A DNA stretch of 32,000 nucleotides, taken from contig NZ_CP089976.1 of NCBI RefSeq assembly GCF_022701215.1, positions 690,001 through 722,000 on the forward strand, given 5' to 3'. This DNA is from Moraxella nasovis (GTDB lineage Bacteria; Pseudomonadota; Gammaproteobacteria; Pseudomonadales; Moraxellaceae). A program made the position numbers and the translations under genes. Below are positions 11,048-20,698 of this stretch, one piece after another. Position 1 is the stretch's first letter. The number at the start of each line of letters is the position of its first letter. The notes beneath the pieces are model-generated. The model searched no databases and was not told the origin of the DNA. It worked only from the letters and a program-made list of their open reading frames with translations.

Positions 11048-11223
11048 GATGTTACCTTAAGTTGATCATAAAACCGGTCCGTCCATGTCGTAGGTCTTCA
11101 CCTTACCAGTTTTTGATAAAAGTCAATCGCTTTATAAATATTGTTCCACTTTATAATGCATAACAGTGATTTTATCAATCACTTTATCAAAATTATGCTG
11201 TTTTTTGGCTAAAAATACGTGTT

Positions 11224-11754
11224 TTAGGGCGTTTTAGGATATTTAATCATTTGCTGGGCAATACGCTCAAGCAAAGATTTTAGTTGCATTAAATCTTGCT
11301 CTGCTAGCACAGCGTTAAGGTGCCCAGTGGGTTTTAAACCTTGGTATAAACTATCGTGCCAATAAAAAACGATGCCGTTTGACTTAGCTTGTAGTCCAAA
11401 AGACAGCTTACCAATCTCACTTAAGCTTAACTCTTTAAGTATTGGCATGATGTCATCTGTAGCCATGTCGTCGCCCATTAGTGCTTGCCACTGACCATTC
11501 ACACACAAAAATCGTCGCAAGGGCAATCGCCAAGAGTCATTAACCACGCTATACTGAGCAATCATACCTGTACGCACAGGCTGTAGCCAGTCAGCAGCAG
11601 GTACAAGGCGTGGATTTAGTTGCATTTTACGAGCAATTAGGCGAAGGTCTGCCACTCGCACCTCGTATGCCCGTGGCTTAGCACCAAAGATACTACCTAA
11701 AATAAAGCCTGCTACAATCAGCACGATGATAATGGCGATGGTCTGATTATCCAT
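11224..11754 (-). CDS. Hypothetical membrane-anchored protein (one N-terminal TM helix plus a soluble domain of about 150 aa)
   Basis: 176 aa. The N-terminus is MDNQTIAIIIVLIVAGFILGSIFGA. I recognise no family motif. Its ATG (11752-11754) lies only 7 nt after the ftsK stop (11762-11764), so the two are probably co-transcribed and translationally coupled. Confidence 0.6.
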   Translation of the reverse strand: MDNQTIAIIIVLIVAGFILGSIFGAKPRAYEVRVADLRLIARKMQLNPRLVPAADWLQPVRTGMIAQYSVVNDSWRLPLRRFLCVNGQWQALMGDDMATDDIMPILKELSLSEIGKLSFGLQAKSNGIVFYWHDSLYQGLKPTGHLNAVLAEQDLMQLKSLLERIAQQMIKYPKTP

Positions 11755-11761
11755 GCCACAC

Positions 11762-14581
11762 CTACATCAGCAACTGACGTCTGCCACTACTATCAGCAGC
11801 ACTCACCAGACCTTTTTCTTCCATCATATCAACGATACGAGCCGAACGGTTATAACCGATGGAAAATTTACGTTGAATTGCCGAAATTGAAATCTTACGA
11901 GTCTCCAAGATAAACTCCAACGCTTGATCAAATAACTCATCATCGCCTGCTGTGTTGCTATCACCGCTTCCTTCACCTTCAAAAGTATAGCTACTTGACA
12001 GGTCAATATACTCAGGTCGTCCACGCTCACGCCATGCATCACACACACGGTTTACCTCATCATCGCTAACGAATGCACCTTGGATACGTTCAGGCGTGTT
12101 CTCATTTGGGGCGACAAATAGCATATCACCATTACCTAATAAGTCTTCTGCACCTGACTCATCTAAAATCACACGGCTATCCATCTTAGAATACACGCTT
12201 AAAGCCACACGGCACGGCAAGTTTGCCTTAATTAAGCCTGTAACGACAGTTGCGATGGGTTTTTGGGTGGCTAAAATCAGATGAATACCTGCTGCACGAG
12301 CCTTTTGGGCAAGGCGGACAATCGGCTCTTCAGCTGTCTTACCAAGCTGCATAATCATATCTGCAAACTCATCCATCACAATGACGATATACGGTAAGGG
12401 CTTAAGCTTGGGTGCAGATTGAACGCTGACGCTGTCTTCTTTACGCCATAACGGATCTAAGATAGGCTCACCACTTTGTTCTGCTGCTTTAATCGCCTTA
12501 TTAAATTCTGAAATCTGACGCACACGCAGCTTACCCATCAACTGATAGCGAAGTTCCATCTCATTAACACACCAATTTAATGCTGCTGTCGCTTCGGTCA
12601 TGTCAGTGATAACAGGGGTAAGCAAATGCGGAATATCGCTATAATTTGCAAGCTCTAAAAGCTTAGGATCAATCAGCATCAGCTTTAGCTCATCTGATGT
12701 GTATTTAAGCAACATAGAAAGTAGCATACTATTTACAAAGACCGACTTACCTGAACGTGTTTGTCCTGCAACAAGCATATGCGGTGCTTTGGTAAGATCA
12801 GAAATGACAGGCTCACCATGAATGTTCTTACCAATTGCAATTGCAATCTCTCTTTTGCCATTTTTAAAATCAGCATTATCCAAAAGCTCAATAAAACGCA
12901 CAAGCTCTCTTTTTTTATTTGGCACTTCAATGCCGATATAAGGCTTGCCTGCAATTACATCAACCACACGCAGCTTCTCCATTGATAAACTGCGAGCCAA
13001 ATCTTGGGCGACGTTATTTACCCGTGCCACCCGCACACCTGGAGCTAAATCCACCTCAAAGCGTGTTACAACAGGACCCACCGTTGCTGCAACGACTGTG
13101 GCATTAATATTAAACTCTTTTAGTTTAATCTCAAGCAAGCTTGCAAGCTCTTGTAATTGCTGATCATTATAGCTTGGCTCTTTATTTAAATCAGGCTTAT
13201 CTAGAATATCTAGCGTTGGCACTGGGGGTAGGCTCATGCGATATTCAAGCGTACTCATCGCCCGAGACTTAGCCTCCACAGGGGCAAATAAATCTTCGTT
13301 TGTCTGTGCTTTTGGCTCAATAGGCATAGCCAAATGCTGCACAAGTTGCGTTTCATCTTCGTTTTGGTTACCATCTTGATTACTGTTTTGATTTTCTGTA
13401 TCGCCTTGAAATGACCCAATATCATCAAAACCGCCAAAAAATTTCTCTTTCACATCATCATCTTGATGTGTTTTATCTTCAGATACAGTATCGGTAGGCT
13501 CATCTGTACTAGATAATGATTTAGCCGTGTCGTCTTGATAGGTACTTAGCTGATCAAAATCCATACCATCAAACACCGCCTTATCCACCTCTTCGCCATC
13601 GTCTGATAATTTTGACAATGCCGCTTGGGCAATTTTTGCAAATCGTTCATCATCTGCTTGCAACTGTGCTTGTAATGATGTTGCCACATCATCATAATGC
13701 GGCGCAGATACTGGCATATCTTCTTCCCAAGCCTCATCTTTAGGTGAGTTATTCACTTCGGCAACTTTAGGCTTAGCTGTAACGTTAGGCTCATTGGTGG
13801 CACTGTGTTTTTTTGCGATTAAATCTTCACGCAACCCTGAATTTACCAAAAAACTCTCAAGCGTGCCTGCGTGATTATGCGGGCGGTAGTTAGATGTCGC
13901 ACTTTCTTCGCTAAGCGTCTTATCTTGCTCATCTTGGGTATCTTGAACATCTTCTAGCACCACTTCATCAAATGCCTGATCATCACTTTTTGATTTTCTT
14001 CGCCAGTTAAGCAATCGCTCATATATCGTAAGCCAACGAATCTCAAACGTTAATGTTGCCACAAATAGCGTCATCACCACCAAAAAGACTGCTGTGCCAA
14101 ACGCACCAAATACACTGGCTAGACCGCTTTGGATTTCAAAACCCACAAGCCCACCAAGCAAGATACCAGACCATAAGTCTGCAGTTACGCCCATCTGTGC
14201 TAATAATGCACTTATAAAGCATAATAAGAACGCATAGGCAAGCAGTCTTAGACCCCAAAAAACTGACGTGCCAGTCCACCAAAGTCGCACCAGTTCATAT
14301 GCCAAAAATAGCACAAAACACCACGAACCTAACCCAAAAAACACTCGCAAAATATCAGCAACCCACGCCCCAAGAACGCCGCCGACATTCACCACCGCCT
14401 GATCTGTACTGACATGAGACCAAGCAGGATCAACAGGGCTATAAGATAACAGCGAAATAAATAAAAATCCAAATAGCAGTAAGCCAAATGCACTAAAAAT
14501 AAACTGCGTAATCGATGGCAGCTTACCTAAAAGCTGTACAGCGTGTTCATGTTGGAGAATTTTATTGATGGTGTGTTTCAT
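11762..14581 (-). CDS. ftsK: DNA translocase FtsK
   Basis: 939 aa. It has N-terminal multi-TM segments and a long acidic/Gln-rich linker. The motor domain carries Walker A LVAGQTRSGKSV and Walker B IVIVMDEFADM. The C-terminal gamma winged helix reads ISISAIQRKFSIGYNRSARIVDMMEEKGLVS. Confidence 0.95.
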   Translation of the reverse strand: MKHTINKILQHEHAVQLLGKLPSITQFIFSAFGLLLFGFLFISLLSYSPVDPAWSHVSTDQAVVNVGGVLGAWVADILRVFFGLGSWCFVLFLAYELVRLWWTGTSVFWGLRLLAYAFLLCFISALLAQMGVTADLWSGILLGGLVGFEIQSGLASVFGAFGTAVFLVVMTLFVATLTFEIRWLTIYERLLNWRRKSKSDDQAFDEVVLEDVQDTQDEQDKTLSEESATSNYRPHNHAGTLESFLVNSGLREDLIAKKHSATNEPNVTAKPKVAEVNNSPKDEAWEEDMPVSAPHYDDVATSLQAQLQADDERFAKIAQAALSKLSDDGEEVDKAVFDGMDFDQLSTYQDDTAKSLSSTDEPTDTVSEDKTHQDDDVKEKFFGGFDDIGSFQGDTENQNSNQDGNQNEDETQLVQHLAMPIEPKAQTNEDLFAPVEAKSRAMSTLEYRMSLPPVPTLDILDKPDLNKEPSYNDQQLQELASLLEIKLKEFNINATVVAATVGPVVTRFEVDLAPGVRVARVNNVAQDLARSLSMEKLRVVDVIAGKPYIGIEVPNKKRELVRFIELLDNADFKNGKREIAIAIGKNIHGEPVISDLTKAPHMLVAGQTRSGKSVFVNSMLLSMLLKYTSDELKLMLIDPKLLELANYSDIPHLLTPVITDMTEATAALNWCVNEMELRYQLMGKLRVRQISEFNKAIKAAEQSGEPILDPLWRKEDSVSVQSAPKLKPLPYIVIVMDEFADMIMQLGKTAEEPIVRLAQKARAAGIHLILATQKPIATVVTGLIKANLPCRVALSVYSKMDSRVILDESGAEDLLGNGDMLFVAPNENTPERIQGAFVSDDEVNRVCDAWRERGRPEYIDLSSSYTFEGEGSGDSNTAGDDELFDQALEFILETRKISISAIQRKFSIGYNRSARIVDMMEEKGLVSAADSSGRRQLLM

Positions 14582-14755
14582 GATATGCTTTGATGGGTTG
14601 CCAAACGAACCTTACATTATATAAGATTGCTGACATCTGTGCTAAAAAAATTTTAGCGTTGTTTAAAAATTTTTACAAAACACATCATTTTCATTACAAC
14701 GCTTGCATTTTTAATGCTCTGTCACCTATACTTAGCCCACTTTTATCCATAATAA

Positions 14756-15706
<951 letters not shown>

Positions 15707-15730
15707 TTGTCCTAAGCACCATCTCATCAT

Positions 15731-15766
15731 AAAAACAAAACCGCCTAAAAGACGGTTTTGTTTTTT
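15731..15766. terminator. Bidirectional rho-independent terminator between convergent trxB and murD
   Basis: CAAAACCG (15736-15743) pairs with CGGTTTTG (15753-15760). An A-run precedes it and a T-run (15761-15766) follows. Confidence 0.75.
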
Positions 15767-15777
15767 GGCATATCGCT

Positions 15778-17184
15778 TTAGCAGGATAAATCTTGAACTA
15801 ATTTTACAAAACACTCACCACGCTGAGCATAGCCGCTAAACTGATCAAAGCTTGCACACGCAGGTGATAACAGTACTGCTGTTGCATCGCTTTGGCTTGC
15901 CATCTGAACTGCTGTTTGTAGTGTCTTGGCATCTACCAAGCGATCTTGCAGGCTTGGCACAGATAATAGTCCTGCTCGGATAGATGGGGCGTCTTGACCG
16001 ATTAAATAAACCGAATGCACAAACTGCTCTACAAACGGTGCAATCTCACTAAAGTCTTGTCCCTTTGCCAATCCCCCTAAAATCAAAGCCAAAGACCGCT
16101 CACCATAAACTTCCCCTAGTCCGATAATGGCGGCTATGGTAGAACCAATATTTGTCCCCTTAGAATCATTAAAATACGCCTTATTGCCAATCTTACAGAC
16201 ATACTCGCATCGATGGGGCAAGCCTTTAAAATCTCGCACCGTATCAACCATAGCAGCTATTGGTATATCCACCGCCAAAGATAGTGCAAATGCACTTAAT
16301 ACATTTAGTAAGTTATGACTGCCTTTAATTTGCAGTTCATCTGCACTAATTAGCCTATTATTATCATGACACAGATAGATAACGCCCTGCTGCCTTGCCA
16401 AATAAAAATCCGTCTTTGGTGTCGTTTGGCTGTCATGGATAACCCCACTTGTCGTAATAATGCGTGCTTGAGTGTCCTGCTTGTCCAGCTCATCACGACA
16501 AGCCATCGCTAAGCTTACATCATCCACACAGATAACGGCAGCTTTTGCTTGCTCAAAGACGTGTAATTTTTCTGCCAAATAACCTGCCATATCACCATGA
16601 CGATCCAGATGATCGGCAGATAAATTTAAAATGGTGGCAACACTTGCACCTAAATCCAAAAGGTGTTCAAGCTGAAAGCTAGATAACTCTAATACAGCCA
16701 GCTCTAGGTTATCTATTTTTAGTAGCTCTAAGGCGGGCGTGCCGATATTACCGCCCACACCAACCACTTTACCTGCGGTCTTTGCCATCTCTGCCACCAA
16801 CGTGGTTACGGTTGATTTGGCATTTGAGCCTGTAATGGCAACCACTGGTGTATGCTTGCCTTGTGATGCATCTGTTTGCTTTAATGTTTCAATAAATAAC
16901 GCCACATCGCTAATAACTTCAATCCCTGCTTTTTTTGCCGATTGAATAGCATGGTGGCTTGGATTCACCCCTGGGCTAATAACGATGCGATCAGCAGACA
17001 TTAATGCTTGCTTGTCAATACCACCAAAGGCAGTCTGCACGCCTTTTGGAAGCTTACAAGCTAAGTTTGGCGTGCTGCTCTCATCTGTCACAACAACATC
17101 AAAACCCTGCTCAACCAAAAAATTGATCGCTGATAAACCAGACCCACCCAAGCCAATCACGGCATAACGTTGCACAGCTCTCAT
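15778..17184 (-). CDS. murD: UDP-N-acetylmuramoylalanine--D-glutamate ligase
   Basis: Motifs: Rossmann start MRAVQRYAVIGLGGSGLS, P-loop-like ITGSNAKSTV, and NDSKGTN. The track ORF begins at a TTG (17200-17202). The ATG at 17182-17184 gives an N-terminus collinear with E. coli MurD, so I chose it. Confidence 0.88.
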   Translation of the reverse strand: MRAVQRYAVIGLGGSGLSAINFLVEQGFDVVVTDESSTPNLACKLPKGVQTAFGGIDKQALMSADRIVISPGVNPSHHAIQSAKKAGIEVISDVALFIETLKQTDASQGKHTPVVAITGSNAKSTVTTLVAEMAKTAGKVVGVGGNIGTPALELLKIDNLELAVLELSSFQLEHLLDLGASVATILNLSADHLDRHGDMAGYLAEKLHVFEQAKAAVICVDDVSLAMACRDELDKQDTQARIITTSGVIHDSQTTPKTDFYLARQQGVIYLCHDNNRLISADELQIKGSHNLLNVLSAFALSLAVDIPIAAMVDTVRDFKGLPHRCEYVCKIGNKAYFNDSKGTNIGSTIAAIIGLGEVYGERSLALILGGLAKGQDFSEIAPFVEQFVHSVYLIGQDAPSIRAGLLSVPSLQDRLVDAKTLQTAVQMASQSDATAVLLSPACASFDQFSGYAQRGECFVKLVQDLSC

Positions 17185-17321
17185 ACTACCCCAAAAAATC
17201 AAAAAATTAGGTAATTATTGTAGCAGTTTTTAATCATGCTGTGCGATTATTTACGCATTGGATTTTTTGATAAATTGACTATATAATAAGCCATCAATAA
17301 CAAATTAACTTAGGATAAGTC

Positions 17322-17660
17322 ATGAAACTCGTTACTGCCATCGTCAAGCCATTTAAGCTAGATGATATTCGTGAAGCCCTGTCAGATCTTGGCGTAAATG
17401 GCATTACCATTACTGAAGTTAAGGGGTTTGGACGCCAAAAGGGTCATACTGAGATGTACCGTGGGGCTGAGTATGTCGTAGATTTTTTACCAAAAATTAA
17501 AATCGAGATTGCCTGTACTGATGATATGGTCGAACAAATCATCAACGCCATCATTGATACAGCCAATACTGGCAAGATTGGCGATGGTAAGATTTTTATA
17601 ACATCTTTAGACAGTGTTATCCGCATTCGCACTGGCGAAATAGACCAAGCGGCTCTATAA
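17322..17660 (+). CDS. glnB: Nitrogen regulatory protein P-II
   Basis: 112 aa. It begins MKLVTAIVKPFKLDDIREAL, and the T-loop GFGRQKGHTEMYRGAEYVVDF carries the uridylylatable Tyr51. No amtB is adjacent, so I call it glnB-like rather than glnK. AGGA lies upstream of the ATG. Confidence 0.93.
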   Translation: MKLVTAIVKPFKLDDIREALSDLGVNGITITEVKGFGRQKGHTEMYRGAEYVVDFLPKIKIEIACTDDMVEQIINAIIDTANTGKIGDGKIFITSLDSVIRIRTGEIDQAAL

Positions 17661-17663
17661 AAC

Positions 17664-17695
17664 AAAAAAAACGCATGAAACCATGCGTTTTTTTT
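17664..17695. terminator. Bidirectional rho-independent terminator between convergent glnB and the DUF2147 gene
   Basis: AACGCATG (17670-17677) pairs with CATGCGTT (17682-17689). An A-run and a T-run flank it. Confidence 0.75.
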
Positions 17696-17706
17696 ATTAA
17701 CTTAGA

Positions 17707-18111
17707 CTACTTACACAGTCCAGTGTCTTTTTTCCACGTCTGAGAACGCCCTACGAACTTAACGCCCATATATCCACGTAAATGAAGCTGATTGCCTTTA
17801 TCGGTTACAGCAAGATCGTATTCTTTTTTGCTATTAGGGTCATAAATTTTACCGTCGCCATATTTATTGCCGCTTTTGGCTTTTAAACCACGGATAACGA
17901 CTTCATTCACGAACTGCTTAGCTTTTGGGGTGTTGCCACAGACAATCTTACCTGTGTAAACGCCATTGCTTTCGGTGATTTGTACTACCGCTTTTGGCTG
18001 ACCGTCTTTATCATCGAAAGTCTGCCATTTACCTTCAATCCCTGCAGATGCCGCAGCAGAAAGTGCTAAGCCTGCCGTTACGGCGATGATTTTTGATGTT
18101 ATTTTCATCAT
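17707..18111 (-). CDS. DUF2147 domain-containing exported protein
   Basis: 134 aa. The signal peptide is MMKITSKIIAVTAGLALSAAASA. Motifs GKWQTFDDKDGQPKAVVQI..NGVYTGKIV, GKIYDPNSKKEY and LRGYMGVKFVGRSQTW fit the DUF2147 pattern. AGGAG lies upstream of the ATG. Confidence 0.78.
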   Translation of the reverse strand: MMKITSKIIAVTAGLALSAAASAGIEGKWQTFDDKDGQPKAVVQITESNGVYTGKIVCGNTPKAKQFVNEVVIRGLKAKSGNKYGDGKIYDPNSKKEYDLAVTDKGNQLHLRGYMGVKFVGRSQTWKKDTGLCK

Positions 18112-18128
18112 AAACTCCTATATGAATT

Positions 18129-18180
18129 TTGGCAAAAAATCCTGCCAATTCATTATAACGAGCTTATCTAAAAAAAGCAA
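18129..18180 (-). promoter_or_regulatory. Candidate promoter for the DUF2147 gene, with a palindrome over the start-site region
   Basis: On the minus strand: TTGCTT (18180-18175), a 17-nt spacer, then TATAAT (18157-18152). Immediately after comes TTGGCA-N8-TGCCAA (18129-18148). Confidence 0.4.
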
Positions 18181-18214
18181 TATATATGATAGTCACACTA
18201 TCCTAAAAAAACCC

Positions 18215-18457
18215 TTAGGCAAAAGGATTATCCACTTCGCTTAGGGGGTTTGTCACTGGCTGTATCTCTTGTGTGCCTTGCTCATCAAACCACGCTATCA
18301 AAGCATTTGCAAATTCTTGTAAGGCTTTTGCCTGCTGTCTGCCTGTGTCAGTCTGATTAATCTCAACATCGCCTGAGATGATAATGCTAGTTGTCCCATT
18401 CTCGATGGTCAGATTGCCAATTGATAAAACTTGGGCATCGTTTTGAAAAATATCCAT
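18215..18457 (-). CDS. Small, strongly acidic cytoplasmic protein of unknown function, co-oriented with and immediately downstream of the endonuclease gene
   Basis: 80 aa with 12 Asp/Glu against 2 Arg/Lys and no signal peptide. A strong SD AAGGAAG (18468-18462) lies 4 nt before the ATG (18457-18455). The gap to the nuclease stop is only 32 nt. Confidence 0.6.
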   Translation of the reverse strand: MDIFQNDAQVLSIGNLTIENGTTSIIISGDVEINQTDTGRQQAKALQEFANALIAWFDEQGTQEIQPVTNPLSEVDNPFA

Positions 18458-18489
18458 TACACTTCCTTTTTATTATAACGCTTATGCTG

Positions 18490-19425
18490 TTAATTTGACT
18501 GCAGATGATGAAGCAATGCCTTAAAAATCTCAAGCAGCAGTAATTGCCAGCTGCTCGCTTTGGTTAAGTCTTCCACGCTTGAGATAATAGGTTCATCTTG
18601 CTGGGTTTCTTCTTCTGGCAGACGTGGCAAAGCATAGGCTGTGCTTTTAATACTCGTGGATAAAGCAGGCATGGCGTTTACCCCAGTTCTATTGGCAAGC
18701 TCTTTTAGGCTGATGATTTCGTAGCTTGCGTTTTCGCTATTTTGGGAAAAATACACGCCTGCCGCCTGTTCACTTGGGATATAAATTGCCTTATAAAAGT
18801 GGCTTGGAACTAATACTCGATCGCCAATGCGATTCACCTTCTTACCCAAAAATGCCACGCCTGTCACTACATATAACTCGCCATATTGGTTGGTAAGATG
18901 GCGAGTATTGCTCTCTAGCTGTCGCCATAATGTGCGGTTATGCGTGCCGTTTTGGGGGGCGATGTTTGCCAAGCTAAAGCTATCAAACTGCTGAGATTTA
19001 TTCGCCATATCGCCATTTGGGGCAAGGTGTCCACGGTCATAACCTGAGCGTGTATAATCCTTTAATTCTGCCCTATCGCCATGAGGTAAGCGACTCTCTG
19101 CACGAAAGCTATCTTCACGCACAAGCTTGGTTGCTTGCTTAATTCGCTGTCTTGTTAGATGCTCTGCCGACCAAAAAGGCGTGCGTGATACGCCTGAGTG
19201 CAATACCGCAAAGCCATGAAAGCACAAGCCTTGGGTTTTTTTGGAAAGCTGTTCATGCTTTGCTTTGGTGAACGTGGGTGCTGTGTCTTGATAGAAATTT
19301 TGGCGACACGCCAAAAAATCCTGAGCAATCGCATAAGCTTGCCTAGCGTGAGCAGACAAGCACGACAACAACACAACCAAAATACCAATCACAACTTTAA
19401 AAATCATATTATTCATACTTGCCAT
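18490..19425 (-). CDS. Secreted DNA/RNA non-specific endonuclease (Serratia NucA / Endonuclease_NS family)
   Basis: Catalytic motif SGYDRGHLAPNGDM, downstream SLANIAPQNGTHNRTLW..LE, and signal peptide (M)IFKVVIGILVVLLSCLSAHA. The track ORF start at 19512 overlaps mutY, so I rejected it. ATGs at 19425, 19416 and 19407 are all possible starts, and the start is uncertain by up to 18 nt. Confidence 0.85.
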   Translation of the reverse strand: MASMNNMIFKVVIGILVVLLSCLSAHARQAYAIAQDFLACRQNFYQDTAPTFTKAKHEQLSKKTQGLCFHGFAVLHSGVSRTPFWSAEHLTRQRIKQATKLVREDSFRAESRLPHGDRAELKDYTRSGYDRGHLAPNGDMANKSQQFDSFSLANIAPQNGTHNRTLWRQLESNTRHLTNQYGELYVVTGVAFLGKKVNRIGDRVLVPSHFYKAIYIPSEQAAGVYFSQNSENASYEIISLKELANRTGVNAMPALSTSIKSTAYALPRLPEEETQQDEPIISSVEDLTKASSWQLLLLEIFKALLHHLQSN

Positions 19426-19467
19426 TATATCAAGCAAGCTAAGATTTTGTTGATTATTTGATGAAAT

Positions 19468-19496
19468 TTGTAATTTATCCCTAAAATTTCTATAAT
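19468..19496 (+). promoter_or_regulatory. Candidate promoter for mutY
   Basis: TTGTAA (19468-19473), a 17-nt spacer, then TATAAT (19491-19496). Only 14 nt separate it from the mutY ATG. Confidence 0.4.
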
Positions 19497-19510
19497 GCAC
19501 ACACATCACC

Positions 19511-20698
19511 ATGAGCGATTATCTTTTGACAACCATACCTACACCAAAACAAAATTACAACACCTTTGCATCTCGTCTTTTAGCGTGGTTTGATGAATGC
19601 GGACGGCATGATTTGCCATGGCAACAGCACCATAAAGCAGACGCTGACATCTATGCGGTCTGGCTGTCTGAGGTGATGTTACAGCAGACACAAGTTGCCA
19701 CCGTGCTTGGGTATTTTGAAAAATTCATCACCGCCTTTCCCACCGTTCAAGATTTAGCACAAGCAAGCTGGGACGACGTGGCGGCACTATGGGCGGGGCT
19801 TGGCTATTATGCTCGTGCTAGAAATCTGCACCAAGGAGCAAAGCAAGTTGCACAATTTATCGACCAAACAGGGCAATTTCCACAAACCGTATCAGACTGG
19901 CAGATGATTTGCGGTGTTGGTCAGTCCACCGCAGGGGCGATTGTCGCCATGGGTGTGCGTGGTCGTGGCGTCATCTGTGATGGTAATGTCAAACGTGTAT
20001 TGACACGCTGGGCAGCGATTGATGGCGACATCACCAAAAGTGCCACAAGCAAAGAGCTGTGGGTATTAGCAGAACGACTGACACCCAATATAAATAGTGG
20101 TAACTATGCCCAAGCCATGATGGATCTAGGAGCTACGCTGTGTACACGCAAAAAACCTGCCTGTCATCGCTGTCCAATCTCATCTGACTGCATCGCCCAC
20201 CACAACGGCAATCCTGAACAGTATCCCGTTAAGCCCAAAAAAACCGACAAGCCACACCGATATGCTTTTGCCATACAGCTCACCTATATGGGGCAAACGC
20301 TATGGCTTAAAAGACAGCACCCAAGCGGTCATGGCATCTGGGAAGGCTTGTGGTGCTTGCCACTGATACAGACTGATGCCGATACGTTTTGTCATGCCAT
20401 ATCAGCTAAGTTACTTTGCCCATCTTCACTGGCATTATCCCAAACAGATATGCCACTCGGTGATGGTCAAATCGCTAATGTGTTAGCACAAAAAATCTCT
20501 AAGCCTGCACCCATCTGTCGCCACATTAAGCACACTTTGACGCATTTTCACTGGCATTTGGCGATTGTTTCTATTACTGCTGATGATAAGCTTATAGAAC
20601 GCATCAATCACGCACTATCTGATGTTCATGCAAAGTTTACATGGGCAGATGGTGTAAATCTTGCCAAACCTGCCGCCATGGATAAGCTAATCGGCTAA
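19511..20698 (+). CDS. mutY: A/G-specific adenine DNA glycosylase
   Basis: 395 aa. Motifs: VWLSEVMLQQTQVATV, the HhH region GVGQSTAGAI, and the Fe-S cluster loop CTRKKPACHRCPISSDC (C-x6-C-x2-C-x5-C). A C-terminal NUDIX-like domain is present. Confidence 0.9.
   Translation: MSDYLLTTIPTPKQNYNTFASRLLAWFDECGRHDLPWQQHHKADADIYAVWLSEVMLQQTQVATVLGYFEKFITAFPTVQDLAQASWDDVAALWAGLGYYARARNLHQGAKQVAQFIDQTGQFPQTVSDWQMICGVGQSTAGAIVAMGVRGRGVICDGNVKRVLTRWAAIDGDITKSATSKELWVLAERLTPNINSGNYAQAMMDLGATLCTRKKPACHRCPISSDCIAHHNGNPEQYPVKPKKTDKPHRYAFAIQLTYMGQTLWLKRQHPSGHGIWEGLWCLPLIQTDADTFCHAISAKLLCPSSLALSQTDMPLGDGQIANVLAQKISKPAPICRHIKHTLTHFHWHLAIVSITADDKLIERINHALSDVHAKFTWADGVNLAKPAAMDKLIG

Noticed and set aside
13255-13990. 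Low-complexity acidic/Gln/Asn-rich stretch in ftsK, considered as a possible repeat or insertion
   Set aside because: It corresponds to the variable FtsK linker between the membrane and motor domains. I saw no internal tandem DNA repeat.
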